The position numbers and the translations under genes are program-made. This document shows positions 1 to 9,485 of a stretch of DNA of 32,000 nucleotides, one piece after another. The number at the start of each line of letters is the position of its first letter. The stretch's first letter is position 1. The stretch is from Candidatus Lokiarchaeum ossiferum. GTDB lineage: Archaea; Asgardarchaeota; Lokiarchaeia; Sigyniarchaeales; Promethearchaeaceae. The stretch covers positions 480,001-512,000 of the forward strand of contig CP104013.1 in assembly GCA_025839675.1 (NCBI GenBank). Reading direction: 5' to 3'. The notes below the pieces were generated by a model. That model did no database searches, had not been told where the DNA came from, and worked only from the letters and a program-made list of their open reading frames with translations.

Positions 1-3000
1 ATTTACCTTAATACTGCCCAAAAAATTGAGACGTTTTCTCAAAAACCCCCAATTAGTTCTTCTACTGATCTTGAAGAACAGAAAACCGATTCTATTTTTG
101 GTTATAATGTAAGCGAATTTCTCCGAAAAAATGAACTTTCAGCACTCACAGGTTTAAATGATTCACAACTACAGGGTAAAAATGCTGTGGTAGCCATGAT
201 AGATGCAGGTATTGATTATTTGCTAGAGGATATGGATTATTTTGAAGGAACAGAAGGAATCAACGAGAATATATCAGATTATATGACAGATTTTCAGGAA
301 AATTTCCTCGGATTCAACATGTTGAATCAAAATATTAGCTTCAATATCTTAGGAGCAGTAAGTATGATCCCCTACGAACCCCTCGCTTATACGGATTTTC
401 GTGGAACTGGGACAAATTTTGCGGGACTTATTGGAGGAATGGGGGAAAACATTTCAGTTCACGATGATCCTCTGGATTTGAATTCGACAACTAATATTAA
501 TTATACTGGTATCGCTCCAGGCTGTCAGTTACTTAACGTAAAAGTATTGGACTCCTTGGGTTTTACATATTATTCTTTCATCTTATCGGGTTTAAATTGG
601 GCATTAGAAAGAGATGCAGACATCGCGTTTATACCTTGGTCATTTCCAGGTTATGCTGATGATCCTATCTGTCAAGCAGTGGATAGACTCAATCAAGAAG
701 GAGTGGTTGTGGTAACTGCGGCAGGTGATGATGGTCCTGCGTATACTTCAGTTTTCTCCCCTGCTCAAGCGAAAACTGCCATTCGTGTTGGAGCTTATGA
801 TCAATATCAAGAGATCATCGCAAATTTCAGTAGTCGTGGACCCACTTCAGACATGCGAACAGCGATCGATTTATCAGCACCTGCATTTAATATTGCTGGA
901 CCATCAACTTCATTAGCTTATGATGCAAATAATCAGTCTTTAACATTCTTTAATTCAAGTAAAAGTTCTGCTGCAATAGTTGTTGGGGCGATTGCAATTC
1001 TGATCGGTGCTTTTCCATCAATAACTCCGGAAATGATCAAAATTGCACTTATGAAAACTGCAACACCACTTTCTTCCTATGCAAATCCTAATGAAGAAGG
1101 GTTTGGATTACTCAACCTTGTAGCAGCCATACAATTTATTCAAAGGTACTATGAAACCGATGAATTCCCCGATCGAGTTTTGACAGTAAATCCATATCCA
1201 GGTATGATAACCAATATAGATATGCTAGAAGTCAAAGAAAATTTAAATTTGTATAATAGCTCCCAAGATATTAATCTGTTTGCCATCACCGGTAACCAAG
1301 CTTTAATGACAGCGTTAGTATGCATGAATTTGACACAACTTCAAGGATTAGGAAATGGAAGTGTTCCAGATATCCACTTACCCTTGAATATTTTTGGTTT
1401 TAGTTTCAATACCACTTATGTTTCCTTTCTGGAATTGGATGTTGAACGTGAGATGGATGTTATGTTTAAGACCACAGATCCATCCTTCTATTCTAGATAT
1501 AGTAGTGTATTATCCTATCAAGATGAAATATTTATCACAGTATCAATAGAATCATGGAGTTATATATATGATACCACAATTCCAGATTATAATCCAGGAT
1601 TGCCAATTGATCCAGATAGCCCAGAACTTCCCGAAAATATTACTGCGTGGGAAGATTTTGATTTTTCACAAATAAATTCCACAGATTATTGGACTGAACA
1701 ATTTGGATTCAATTATACAGGGAGAGTGCCTGTATTTAAGTTTAATTTTGGTTTTATTAACTATGGAAACCGAAATTTTGACAATTTGACTCTTCACTCA
1801 TCCTTCAAATCGGATTTATATTTGAATGAACAAGGGATAACCGATTATAACGACATGAATGCAATGCCAACAGATATTTTAGATGCAGGTATTGACGATA
1901 TCTGGGAATATAATGCAACAAATGAAATGTTCTTAACCCATGATCAATACACTCAAGGAGAAAATGCAACCTATGAATGGACATCGATATTATTTAATTC
2001 GACAACTCATTCCTTATCGGGGTATGAAATTGGTGAGACGACTGATATATTTAATAGCTTGTTTACCACCACAATTCCAGAATATTCAAATAGCATTTCA
2101 AGTAAAGTGAATCTCAATCAAACAGATATGGGTTTTAAAGCAGCCTGGTTAATAGATGATTCTTTGGTACCAGGGGAATCACAAATATTTTCCGCGAATT
2201 ATGTGGTGTCTAAAGGATCTTCGCTCGAAAATTCTAAATTCGCAGCATATGAGAGCCTCCGTTTCATACAAAACAATGTTTCAGAACTCATTATCGAAGA
2301 TCTTGCAATAATCCGTACACGATCCCAACGGATGATTTCAATTGATGAAAAATACATTTCAGAATTAGTGGTACTTAACTTAGGTAATACTTTACTAAAT
2401 TCAACTGAAATTTCCTTCACTTCCAATTTTTCTTCCACAGAATTTGAACAAGAAATTTTTAGCAAAGTTTTCTCCATCCCCCAAATTGCTCCCCACGAAA
2501 TTCAAAGGTTTAGTGCAAAATGGGTGCCAATATTTGTGGGAATTTATGAAGTTAGTTGGCGTATTGGAGGATATGCAGATTTGGGATCCATTCTCGATGA
2601 TAGTCCGATTAATAATTTTCAAGGACGCTTTGCGGTAGTTTACGATAATTCACCGTTAATTCCAAATTTGAAGGATTTAATTCTGATCACCCCCAATATT
2701 TTTCCAGTGGCACCATTTGTGATTCTTCATCCCCTCGATATAGCTATGACCAACCTTACGATCATTTCTCCGATAAAATTCCAAAATTTCACAACAGTTA
2801 TTGAAGGGCAATTTGGAAGCTTTTTGACCTTGGAAATTCTTGAAAAAGATGCAGTTTCAACATATTCAAAAGTCGATTTACAAATCATGGTACCTATGGC
2901 ATATCAACCTGATGTTATTGCAATAAACCTTCACATTGTAAATAAGGATGTGGGATTTGATTCAATTTTACCGATACAATTTCAATTAGAAGAAAACCAT

Positions 3001-4590
3001 GGGAGATTTATATTTGACGGAATTCATTCCCAAATCATGCCAAATTTTGCGTTAGACGACTCAATCTTGGGTGAATTTAATATTCAGCTAGAAGGAGCCA
3101 CAATAAAAGGAGGATTGGATTTTAATAAGTTATTAGCTGATCGAGTTGAAACTATCTACGGAAATTATTATCAATTTCATGAAGATTTATCTAACTTTGC
3201 ACCAAAAGGAATGTCTATGACCCAATTAATATCCGGATTGGATCTTTCAGACATGGTTGGAGGAGGATTTGATCTTTCCGCACTAGAAGGGGGAGAAGGA
3301 GGAATGAATATTGAGGATTCTTTTGCTCTACAACAAATTTTCAGAGGAGACAATTTCTTTTCGTCAATGGGACCGATGACTACGGATTTTTATTCTTATG
3401 ATTTGATTAAATTCTTTGATGGAATCATAATGATGGACCCTGAAATAACATTTACATCAGAAGAAACCAATGCAATTCAGAAATATTTAGAATTAGGAGG
3501 AAGAATATATTTGTTTACGGAAAATAATTCAAAAACAGATATTAATGCGACAAATTCACTTTTATCCATTTTTGATATTACTGTTGGAAACCAAGTTAAT
3601 GGAACAGTCACTATACCATCAGAGCAATGGTTAAATACATCAATTTATCCAATGAACTCTCTTTCTCAAGGTTTAGATCCTATAAATTTAGTTGACCCCC
3701 TTACATTCCAAATTGATTCGCAGAATAATTCAAATTTTACAATAGTTCAACATAACGATTATTCTCTGGAAATTCACTGTGGATTAGGAATTTTGTTTGT
3801 TTTGGGAGATGGAGAACTATTTCAAGAAAGAAATATTCAAAGTAATGATAATCTCGTGTATATCAATACTATTTTCGAACAAACGACTCAAAATCGATTT
3901 CATTGGGAAGGAGGCTTAACACAGAATGTGGTGGATCGTAATCAATCTACATATTTAGAATTTAATCAAGTCGCGCAAAACATGACCAAATATCTAGAAG
4001 AAGATCTGTTAATGATTGCAAATGGTATTGATTTGAACGGAAATTCAATAGATTTTGAAATTTTTGGATATAGCTCTCCTTTTGTCCCTATGATCCAAAC
4101 AAATTCTACCGGATTTTTTACAGAAATTAGTTCTAAACAAATTGAAGCGGAAGAAATCTGGGTAACAGTAATGATCGATTCTCCTACAGCGCTGGCAGAA
4201 ACATTTTCTTTTCCACTAAAAGTGAACCAAAATATCAGTTCAGCACAACCACCTGTACAAATCTATGAATTGAAAGAGTATGCTTACCCAAAATTTCTTG
4301 AAATCATATTTGTCGGACAACTATTTCTGGTAATAATTATTACCTATTCCTATACTTCAAAGAAGTGGAAAATTCGGCAAAAATATATTCCAATAAATGA
4401 TGAATTACAAGCTAAAGTGAAGACAAATCTCTCTAGTTTATCACGGATGTTTAAAATGTTAAAAATTGGAATTGATAATGAAGAATTAGATGATTTAGAG
4501 AGGATACGCCATATTGTCCAAAATCGAGATCTTATAGACACAACAATCGAAGATGTGTATGATTTAGCATCCGAATTAGGAGAACAATAA
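1..4590 (+). CDS. Subtilisin-like (peptidase S8 family) giant surface protein, 5'-partial at the window edge, with a C-terminal TM anchor. The catalytic His and oxyanion Asn appear substituted.
   Basis: Frame 1 is open from nt 1 with no stop before the track start at 187, so the gene begins upstream of the window. S8 boxes: GKNAVVAMIDAGID (Asp), GIAPGCQLLNVKVLD, VVVVTAAGDDG, FSSRGPT, SSKSSAAIVVGAIAIL (Ser). The His box reads FRGTGTNFAG. More than 1100 aa follow the protease domain. A TM helix (FLEIIFVGQLFLVIIITYSY) precedes a charged tail of about 110 aa. N-x-S/T sequons are numerous. Confidence 0.8.
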   Translation: MYLNTAQKIETFSQKPPISSSTDLEEQKTDSIFGYNVSEFLRKNELSALTGLNDSQLQGKNAVVAMIDAGIDYLLEDMDYFEGTEGINENISDYMTDFQENFLGFNMLNQNISFNILGAVSMIPYEPLAYTDFRGTGTNFAGLIGGMGENISVHDDPLDLNSTTNINYTGIAPGCQLLNVKVLDSLGFTYYSFILSGLNWALERDADIAFIPWSFPGYADDPICQAVDRLNQEGVVVVTAAGDDGPAYTSVFSPAQAKTAIRVGAYDQYQEIIANFSSRGPTSDMRTAIDLSAPAFNIAGPSTSLAYDANNQSLTFFNSSKSSAAIVVGAIAILIGAFPSITPEMIKIALMKTATPLSSYANPNEEGFGLLNLVAAIQFIQRYYETDEFPDRVLTVNPYPGMITNIDMLEVKENLNLYNSSQDINLFAITGNQALMTALVCMNLTQLQGLGNGSVPDIHLPLNIFGFSFNTTYVSFLELDVEREMDVMFKTTDPSFYSRYSSVLSYQDEIFITVSIESWSYIYDTTIPDYNPGLPIDPDSPELPENITAWEDFDFSQINSTDYWTEQFGFNYTGRVPVFKFNFGFINYGNRNFDNLTLHSSFKSDLYLNEQGITDYNDMNAMPTDILDAGIDDIWEYNATNEMFLTHDQYTQGENATYEWTSILFNSTTHSLSGYEIGETTDIFNSLFTTTIPEYSNSISSKVNLNQTDMGFKAAWLIDDSLVPGESQIFSANYVVSKGSSLENSKFAAYESLRFIQNNVSELIIEDLAIIRTRSQRMISIDEKYISELVVLNLGNTLLNSTEISFTSNFSSTEFEQEIFSKVFSIPQIAPHEIQRFSAKWVPIFVGIYEVSWRIGGYADLGSILDDSPINNFQGRFAVVYDNSPLIPNLKDLILITPNIFPVAPFVILHPLDIAMTNLTIISPIKFQNFTTVIEGQFGSFLTLEILEKDAVSTYSKVDLQIMVPMAYQPDVIAINLHIVNKDVGFDSILPIQFQLEENHGRFIFDGIHSQIMPNFALDDSILGEFNIQLEGATIKGGLDFNKLLADRVETIYGNYYQFHEDLSNFAPKGMSMTQLISGLDLSDMVGGGFDLSALEGGEGGMNIEDSFALQQIFRGDNFFSSMGPMTTDFYSYDLIKFFDGIIMMDPEITFTSEETNAIQKYLELGGRIYLFTENNSKTDINATNSLLSIFDITVGNQVNGTVTIPSEQWLNTSIYPMNSLSQGLDPINLVDPLTFQIDSQNNSNFTIVQHNDYSLEIHCGLGILFVLGDGELFQERNIQSNDNLVYINTIFEQTTQNRFHWEGGLTQNVVDRNQSTYLEFNQVAQNMTKYLEEDLLMIANGIDLNGNSIDFEIFGYSSPFVPMIQTNSTGFFTEISSKQIEAEEIWVTVMIDSPTALAETFSFPLKVNQNISSAQPPVQIYELKEYAYPKFLEIIFVGQLFLVIIITYSYTSKKWKIRQKYIPINDELQAKVKTNLSSLSRMFKMLKIGIDNEELDDLERIRHIVQNRDLIDTTIEDVYDLASELGEQ

Positions 4591-4611
4591 AATTTCAGGA
4601 GAATAAAAAAA

Positions 4612-4806
4612 ATGAAGCGATTGGAAAAAATTCGGATGTTAGATCGACTATATTTCTTATTCATATTTGCGACTTGTATCTTTGCTGGAGTTGTTCTTAC
4701 ATATAATCAATTATATATCAACAGTAGCCAATTATTTTTGCAGTTTGCCATAATTTTAGTACTAGGAATAATAGGGCTTATGGTATGGCGAAAACATAAA
4801 GCTTAG
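4612..4806 (+). CDS. Small membrane protein with two predicted TM helices; hypothetical
   Basis: ATG lies 22 nt after the S8 stop, with AGGAG at 4597-4601. Hydrophobic stretches: LYFLFIFATCIFAGVVLTY and FLQFAIILVLGIIGLMVW. No family recognised. Confidence 0.4.
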   Translation: MKRLEKIRMLDRLYFLFIFATCIFAGVVLTYNQLYINSSQLFLQFAIILVLGIIGLMVWRKHKA

Positions 4807-4896
4807 TCGAGGTCGAAAAATCTTTAGGTGCAAACACAATACAAAACCTACTGAAAACCAAATTATAATCACGTTGAAATCTTTGGGGAAAATAAA

Positions 4897-5544
4897 ATGG
4901 CCATGGGATTAACTGAACGAGAACAGGAATATATATGCCGTTTAATCAAGGATCGGATCAAATATATCGAATCCCATCTGAACCCGATTGAACGAGATAC
5001 AATTATTAAAGATTTAAATAATTTAATCCAAAAAATTCAAACATTTTCGATTTCTAACTTAACAATATCAACTAATACTCCAGTTCAAAGCACTTCAGAT
5101 CGGCAAACCGAACAACTTGACTCAATAAAACAGATTGATCGCCGAATTAAGACTGCTAACGCACCTTCTAAGGAGAAAATAAAAGATTTTCCCAAGAAGC
5201 TTAATAAGAACCAAGATAAGATCTCATCTATTGATTCCGAACATCCTAAAGTTAAATCAATTGAAGAAATTAAAGTGGTGTGCGAAAAATGTGACAAGTA
5301 CATGGATCTATTCAAATCGTTAAAAAGCGAATATTTCCGGTGCCGTAGATTTCCCCGCTGTAATGTGACTGGTGATGTGACGCAAGTAAAAAGAGCTTTA
5401 ATTGAAAAAATAGTGACCAAGCGGAAGAACGCAGATACAGTAAAATTATATCGCTTTGCTGAAAATGAAGGTGTTGTCTTTGTTTCTGAAGTAACTAAAG
5501 AAAAAGGTTTACTAAACTCGATTGATGAAGGAGTTTGGAGATAA
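4897..5544 (+). CDS. Hypothetical protein with a topoisomerase-type C4 zinc-ribbon
   Basis: CEKCDKYMDLFKSLKSEYFRCRRFPRCN resembles the zf-C4_Topoisom pattern (CxxC...FxGCSxYPxC). The N-terminal half is helical and charged. Confidence 0.5.
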   Translation: MAMGLTEREQEYICRLIKDRIKYIESHLNPIERDTIIKDLNNLIQKIQTFSISNLTISTNTPVQSTSDRQTEQLDSIKQIDRRIKTANAPSKEKIKDFPKKLNKNQDKISSIDSEHPKVKSIEEIKVVCEKCDKYMDLFKSLKSEYFRCRRFPRCNVTGDVTQVKRALIEKIVTKRKNADTVKLYRFAENEGVVFVSEVTKEKGLLNSIDEGVWR

Positions 5545-5568
5545 TAAATAAGTTTATCTTAATAATTT

Positions 5569-6324
5569 CTACATTTCTAATTCTGCATAGATTTTTTTTT
5601 CCAATTCATTAATTTTCTTTAATTTACGATTCCATTTAAGAAAATGTTTCCATTCAAATACCATGTAGAAGAGCAACCCAAATTCTGCGATAATGTTAAT
5701 ATAATGGAAGTAATTACTCGGATTTTGATTTAATCTAGGAATAATCCCAAAAAAGGACAGAAGGAAGGTTAAAGTCCATTGAATGTAGAAAATAAAGGCA
5801 ATATTCATCAATATGAACACTATACGTATTAGTTGCATGTGATCTACAATATCATAAAAAATTTGAGTAAGTCCAATAGAATTCTGGATATCAGAATAAT
5901 CATCAGAATTTTCAACTGTATTTTTATTTAATTTTGTTATTAATTTTTGTTGGATCTCGTACCTATGAACTTTTTTCATCCATATATACAAAAAGACAAA
6001 TTTTACAAGGGCGAAGGAGGCAATAATGATGAAAATTATAATCGGGGCCAATATATTGTAGATATTTTGCGGATGTAATGGTGGTAAGGGAATTTGCTCG
6101 GGAGGAGGACGATTAATTTGTCCGATTGTGTGAATTAAATTAAAAACTTGAACAAATAATGCAAAGATGGGGAAAACAGCGGTAGTAATTAAATAATTCT
6201 TTTGATGATTGATATACTTAAACCCGTAGGATTCTATATCAGTATAGAGATCTTGATTAATAGAATTTTTAGATACTAAATGTTCTATAGTATCATCGGG
6301 TATTTTGTTTTGATTATCCGCCAT
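5569..6324 (-). CDS. Polytopic membrane protein, hypothetical
   Basis: At least four long hydrophobic segments, e.g. IYNILAPIIIFIIIASFALVKFVFLYIW and LIRIVFILMNIAFIFYIQWTLTFLLSFFGII. It starts 18 nt downstream of the wHTH gene on the same strand. Confidence 0.55.
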   Translation of the reverse strand: MADNQNKIPDDTIEHLVSKNSINQDLYTDIESYGFKYINHQKNYLITTAVFPIFALFVQVFNLIHTIGQINRPPPEQIPLPPLHPQNIYNILAPIIIFIIIASFALVKFVFLYIWMKKVHRYEIQQKLITKLNKNTVENSDDYSDIQNSIGLTQIFYDIVDHMQLIRIVFILMNIAFIFYIQWTLTFLLSFFGIIPRLNQNPSNYFHYINIIAEFGLLFYMVFEWKHFLKWNRKLKKINELEKKIYAELEM

Positions 6325-6342
6325 TTAAGGTCCTCTTGTTTT

Positions 6343-6654
6343 TTATTCCAGTTCCATATTTAACATTACAAACCATTTATACCGTTCTTTTCCTTTTTCC
6401 GTAATATCTACGATGGTTATTTTTCTTTCCCCCCATGGTTCTTCATGGGAAATAATATAACCGGCCTTTTCCATTTTTGAAAAATATTTTTCTGCAGTAC
6501 TCGCTTTTAATGCACAATATTTAATCAAATGTGATTTAATAATTCCTTTTTTGATTAAGACGTGATTTATGTCAGCCCTCAATATCCCTTCTAATATTTT
6601 CTGAATGATCATATTAGTGGAGCGGTATTTTGAGGCTGGCATGATACTTATCAC
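6343..6654 (-). CDS. Small winged-helix DNA-binding protein (putative transcriptional regulator)
   Basis: 103 aa with helix-turn-helix plus wing-like sequence (SHLIKYCALKASTAEKYFSKMEKAGYIISHEEPWGERKITIVDITEKGKERY). Probably in an operon with the membrane protein at 5569-6324. Confidence 0.55.
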   Translation of the reverse strand: MISIMPASKYRSTNMIIQKILEGILRADINHVLIKKGIIKSHLIKYCALKASTAEKYFSKMEKAGYIISHEEPWGERKITIVDITEKGKERYKWFVMLNMELE

Positions 6655-6809
6655 GGGTAGGTATTTTAAATTTATCAGAACAAAGGTAAATCAAAAAGAA
6701 CCAAAGTTCTAAAACCACTTATTAATCCTATTAATTTTGTTGTATTTAGACCTTTCCTTTCTATTATTTTCAAGACAAGGAGAGGAAAATCAATTAATCA
6801 GGTATTGTA

Positions 6810-9482
6810 ATGAAAAAAAAAATGCTAATAAAAACCATAAATTGGAAAAAATTATCAGTATTTCTGAGTTCGGTAATTTTGGCTATTTTGATTCTAAATA
6901 TCTTGCCATCACTTACAAGTTCTACGTTAGAAGATGGAATAACTACCGATGAGACAGTAATTTATTCTCAATCAGGTAATTTATCCGATTTAAAGGAACC
7001 AATTAGTTCAGAAAACGAAAAATGGAGTCAAGCAACCACCCTTTATGATCAAGCGGAAGAATTTTTTGATGATAGCTATGTTCATGAAATCAAGTTGTAC
7101 TTTGATGATGAAGAAGGATGGTATGATGAACTTCTGGATGCACATGCAAATGATCCTGATGATCCCTACTTTTCGGCTAAATTCGTTTATGATGATATCG
7201 AAATAGATCCCATTGGGATTAATTTTAAAGGACATTCATCATTTATGGGAGAATCCTATAAAAAATCATTTCGGATAGACTTCAACTATTATGATTCAGA
7301 TGCAGAGTTTTATGGACTTCAGAAACTGAACTTGAATAATGGTCATATGGATCCTACGATGTTGCGGGAAAAAATCTTTTGGGATTTTGCAAGTAACTAT
7401 GTAAGCACGGTAAGATGTGTATTTACCAGGGTATATGTGAATGATGAATACTTTGGATTATATACAGCCATCGAACAAATTGATGATGAATTTATTGAAA
7501 GTCGATATGGAAGTAAGGAAGGTGGAAATCTTTATCGGGCTGAAACTGCAGGGACACTTAGCTATTTAGGAGAAGCAGAATCTCTATACGCTTCGAGCTA
7601 TGAACTGAAAACGAATGAAAATGAAAATGATTTTTCAAAGTTAATCAGTTTAACTAAGATACTCGAAAATACACCAGTAGAAGATTTCGAAGAAGAAATT
7701 GAAAAAGTACTCGATGTTGAAGATACTCTATATTGTATGGCGCTTTTGAACATTTTTGCGAGTTTGGATTCCTTTATTGGCTCAGCCCATAATTTCTACT
7801 TGTATGAAAATGAAGAAACAGGTTTAATCAACTACATACTTTGGGATGCCAATGAGGCTTTTGGACGATTTACTTTTGGATTAGAAGAAGGGCAAGATGT
7901 TCGACTAATTGATCCTTTTTGGACACCTACATCATCATCAATGGGTGTGATGGCAGCATCTGAATCATTAACAGACGAATCCACTTCTACTATTGATGGT
8001 CCTGCTCCACCAGAAGGACCTCCCCCTATTGGACCGGATGGACCGGGAAATGAATTCAGCCAATTGGGAACTGATCGACCGCTATTTGAACGTCTAATGG
8101 AGGTTGAATCTTATAATCATACTTATTTAAGAATTTTAGCCGAAATGATTCGAGATGGTTTTAATATAGAGTTTATGGAAGGTGAAATACAAGAACTTGC
8201 TGATTTGATTCGAGAGGATATTTACGCAGACCCATACAAAGTGTACACAAATGAACAATTTGAGTTAACTTTAACAGATGGCTATTCTAACCAAAAAAAT
8301 ATTTTTGGATTAGAGAGCTTCATTGAGATTCGTTCAACCTACTTGAATGAAACGCTTGACGCTTATGCAAAAAAGATGGATATCCAATTGAATGAAATAA
8401 GTTTAGATAACGGAGGAATTATTGCTGATGAAAAGGGAGATTATGACCCTTGGATTGAGATCTACAATTTGGGGCCAGGTCAAGTTAATTTAGATCATCT
8501 TTATCTAACAGATGACGTTAATAATCCGGATAAATGGGCTTTTCCCAATTTTACATTGGATGATGGGGAATTTTATCTCATCTGGGCGGATGTAGAATTA
8601 ACTGAAGGATCCAATCATCTTTCTTTTGAACTTTTGGAAGAAGGAGGTGAAGTTTTTCTATATGTGGAATCAGCCGAGGGAAATTTTAGACTTCTCGATG
8701 AAATAACTTACCCTCCAAAAATTCAAAACTCATCTTATGGAAGATATCCTGATGGAGATGGGGAATGGCAAGATTTTGGCGATTATCCAACTCCAAATCA
8801 TGCTAACCAAGAGAATGATCTAATAGTTAAACTCCCAACCACACTTTTCATAAATGAATTCATGGCAGAAAATCAAAATACTATTGAAGATCCGGATGAT
8901 GATGGAAATTATGCCGATTGGATTGAATTATATAATTCCGGAAATCAGTCAATAGATCTATCTGGGATGTACCTTACAGATTTCATTCTCGATCCAACTC
9001 TTTGGGTATTTCCAGAAGGTAGTATCATCGAAGCAATGTCATTCTTAGTAGTTTGGGCAGATAATGAACCAGAGCAAGGTGAACTTCATACCAATTTCAA
9101 GTTAAGTGGGAATGGAGAAGAAATTGGACTGATCTCCAACGATGGTTCGACTCTCATTGATTATATTCAGTTCGTAGAGTCAATTCAAGATTTTTCTATG
9201 GGAAGAATTCCCGATGGAAGTGACATTTGGGATTACTCCATCTCCACTCCTACACCCGGTGAAGAAAACTCGGAATTAGAAGTTGAAGATACTACTACAA
9301 TTGAAACAGGTTTCTTTTATATTTTTGTTGGTGGTCTTGCTAGTTTAACCATTGGAATCAATCTTTTCCATAAAAAAATGCGCCTCAAAAATAATGGAGA
9401 TTTTTGGATATCCCCCCAAGATCTTAGAAATCCAAGTCCCAAAGATGGTCAAACAGGCATTCGAACGACAGGAGGAAATTAA
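6810..9482 (+). CDS. CotH kinase-family protein with two C-terminal lamin-tail domains and a C-terminal TM anchor (predicted extracellular)
   Basis: N-terminal signal/anchor (KKLSVFLSSVILAILILNILPSL). CotH-like motifs: KKSFRIDFNYY, LNLNNGHMDPTMLREKIFWDFA, VNDEYFGLYTAIEQIDDEF, HNFYLYENEETGLINYILWDANEAFG. Two LTD copies: NEISLDNGG...WIEIYNLGPGQVNLDHLYLTDD...FYLIWAD and INEFMAENQN...WIELYNSGNQSIDLSGMYLTD...FLVVWADN. C-terminal helix: FFYIFVGGLASLTIGINLF. Confidence 0.85.
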   Translation: MKKKMLIKTINWKKLSVFLSSVILAILILNILPSLTSSTLEDGITTDETVIYSQSGNLSDLKEPISSENEKWSQATTLYDQAEEFFDDSYVHEIKLYFDDEEGWYDELLDAHANDPDDPYFSAKFVYDDIEIDPIGINFKGHSSFMGESYKKSFRIDFNYYDSDAEFYGLQKLNLNNGHMDPTMLREKIFWDFASNYVSTVRCVFTRVYVNDEYFGLYTAIEQIDDEFIESRYGSKEGGNLYRAETAGTLSYLGEAESLYASSYELKTNENENDFSKLISLTKILENTPVEDFEEEIEKVLDVEDTLYCMALLNIFASLDSFIGSAHNFYLYENEETGLINYILWDANEAFGRFTFGLEEGQDVRLIDPFWTPTSSSMGVMAASESLTDESTSTIDGPAPPEGPPPIGPDGPGNEFSQLGTDRPLFERLMEVESYNHTYLRILAEMIRDGFNIEFMEGEIQELADLIREDIYADPYKVYTNEQFELTLTDGYSNQKNIFGLESFIEIRSTYLNETLDAYAKKMDIQLNEISLDNGGIIADEKGDYDPWIEIYNLGPGQVNLDHLYLTDDVNNPDKWAFPNFTLDDGEFYLIWADVELTEGSNHLSFELLEEGGEVFLYVESAEGNFRLLDEITYPPKIQNSSYGRYPDGDGEWQDFGDYPTPNHANQENDLIVKLPTTLFINEFMAENQNTIEDPDDDGNYADWIELYNSGNQSIDLSGMYLTDFILDPTLWVFPEGSIIEAMSFLVVWADNEPEQGELHTNFKLSGNGEEIGLISNDGSTLIDYIQFVESIQDFSMGRIPDGSDIWDYSISTPTPGEENSELEVEDTTTIETGFFYIFVGGLASLTIGINLFHKKMRLKNNGDFWISPQDLRNPSPKDGQTGIRTTGGN
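9471..9476 (+). promoter_or_regulatory. Shine-Dalgarno-like GGAGGA inside the CotH 3' end, 10 nt upstream of the VTC start codon
   Basis: Sequence acaGGAGGAaattaaaagATG. The CotH stop (taa, 9480-9482) is 3 nt from the ATG at 9486, which suggests translational coupling. Confidence 0.4.
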
Positions 9483-9485
9483 AAG

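Noticed and set aside
725-2638. Track ORFs 725-916(+), 2199-2477(-), 2401-2622(-) and 2444-2638(+) inside the S8 gene
   Set aside because: They lie entirely within the long, motif-supported frame-1 CDS in alternative or antisense frames. Their peptides are low-complexity with no motifs.
4350-4664. 104-aa minus-strand ORF across the S8 3' end and the small membrane ORF start
   Set aside because: It is antisense to two better-supported plus-strand genes and has no recognisable features.
5085-5420. 111-aa antisense ORF inside 4897-5544
   Set aside because: It overlaps the zinc-ribbon-containing sense ORF and carries no motif. It is most likely a shadow ORF.
6737-7235. ORFs 6737-6952(+) and 7008-7235(-)
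   Set aside because: The first is an out-of-frame overlap of the CotH start and promoter region. The second is antisense within CotH.
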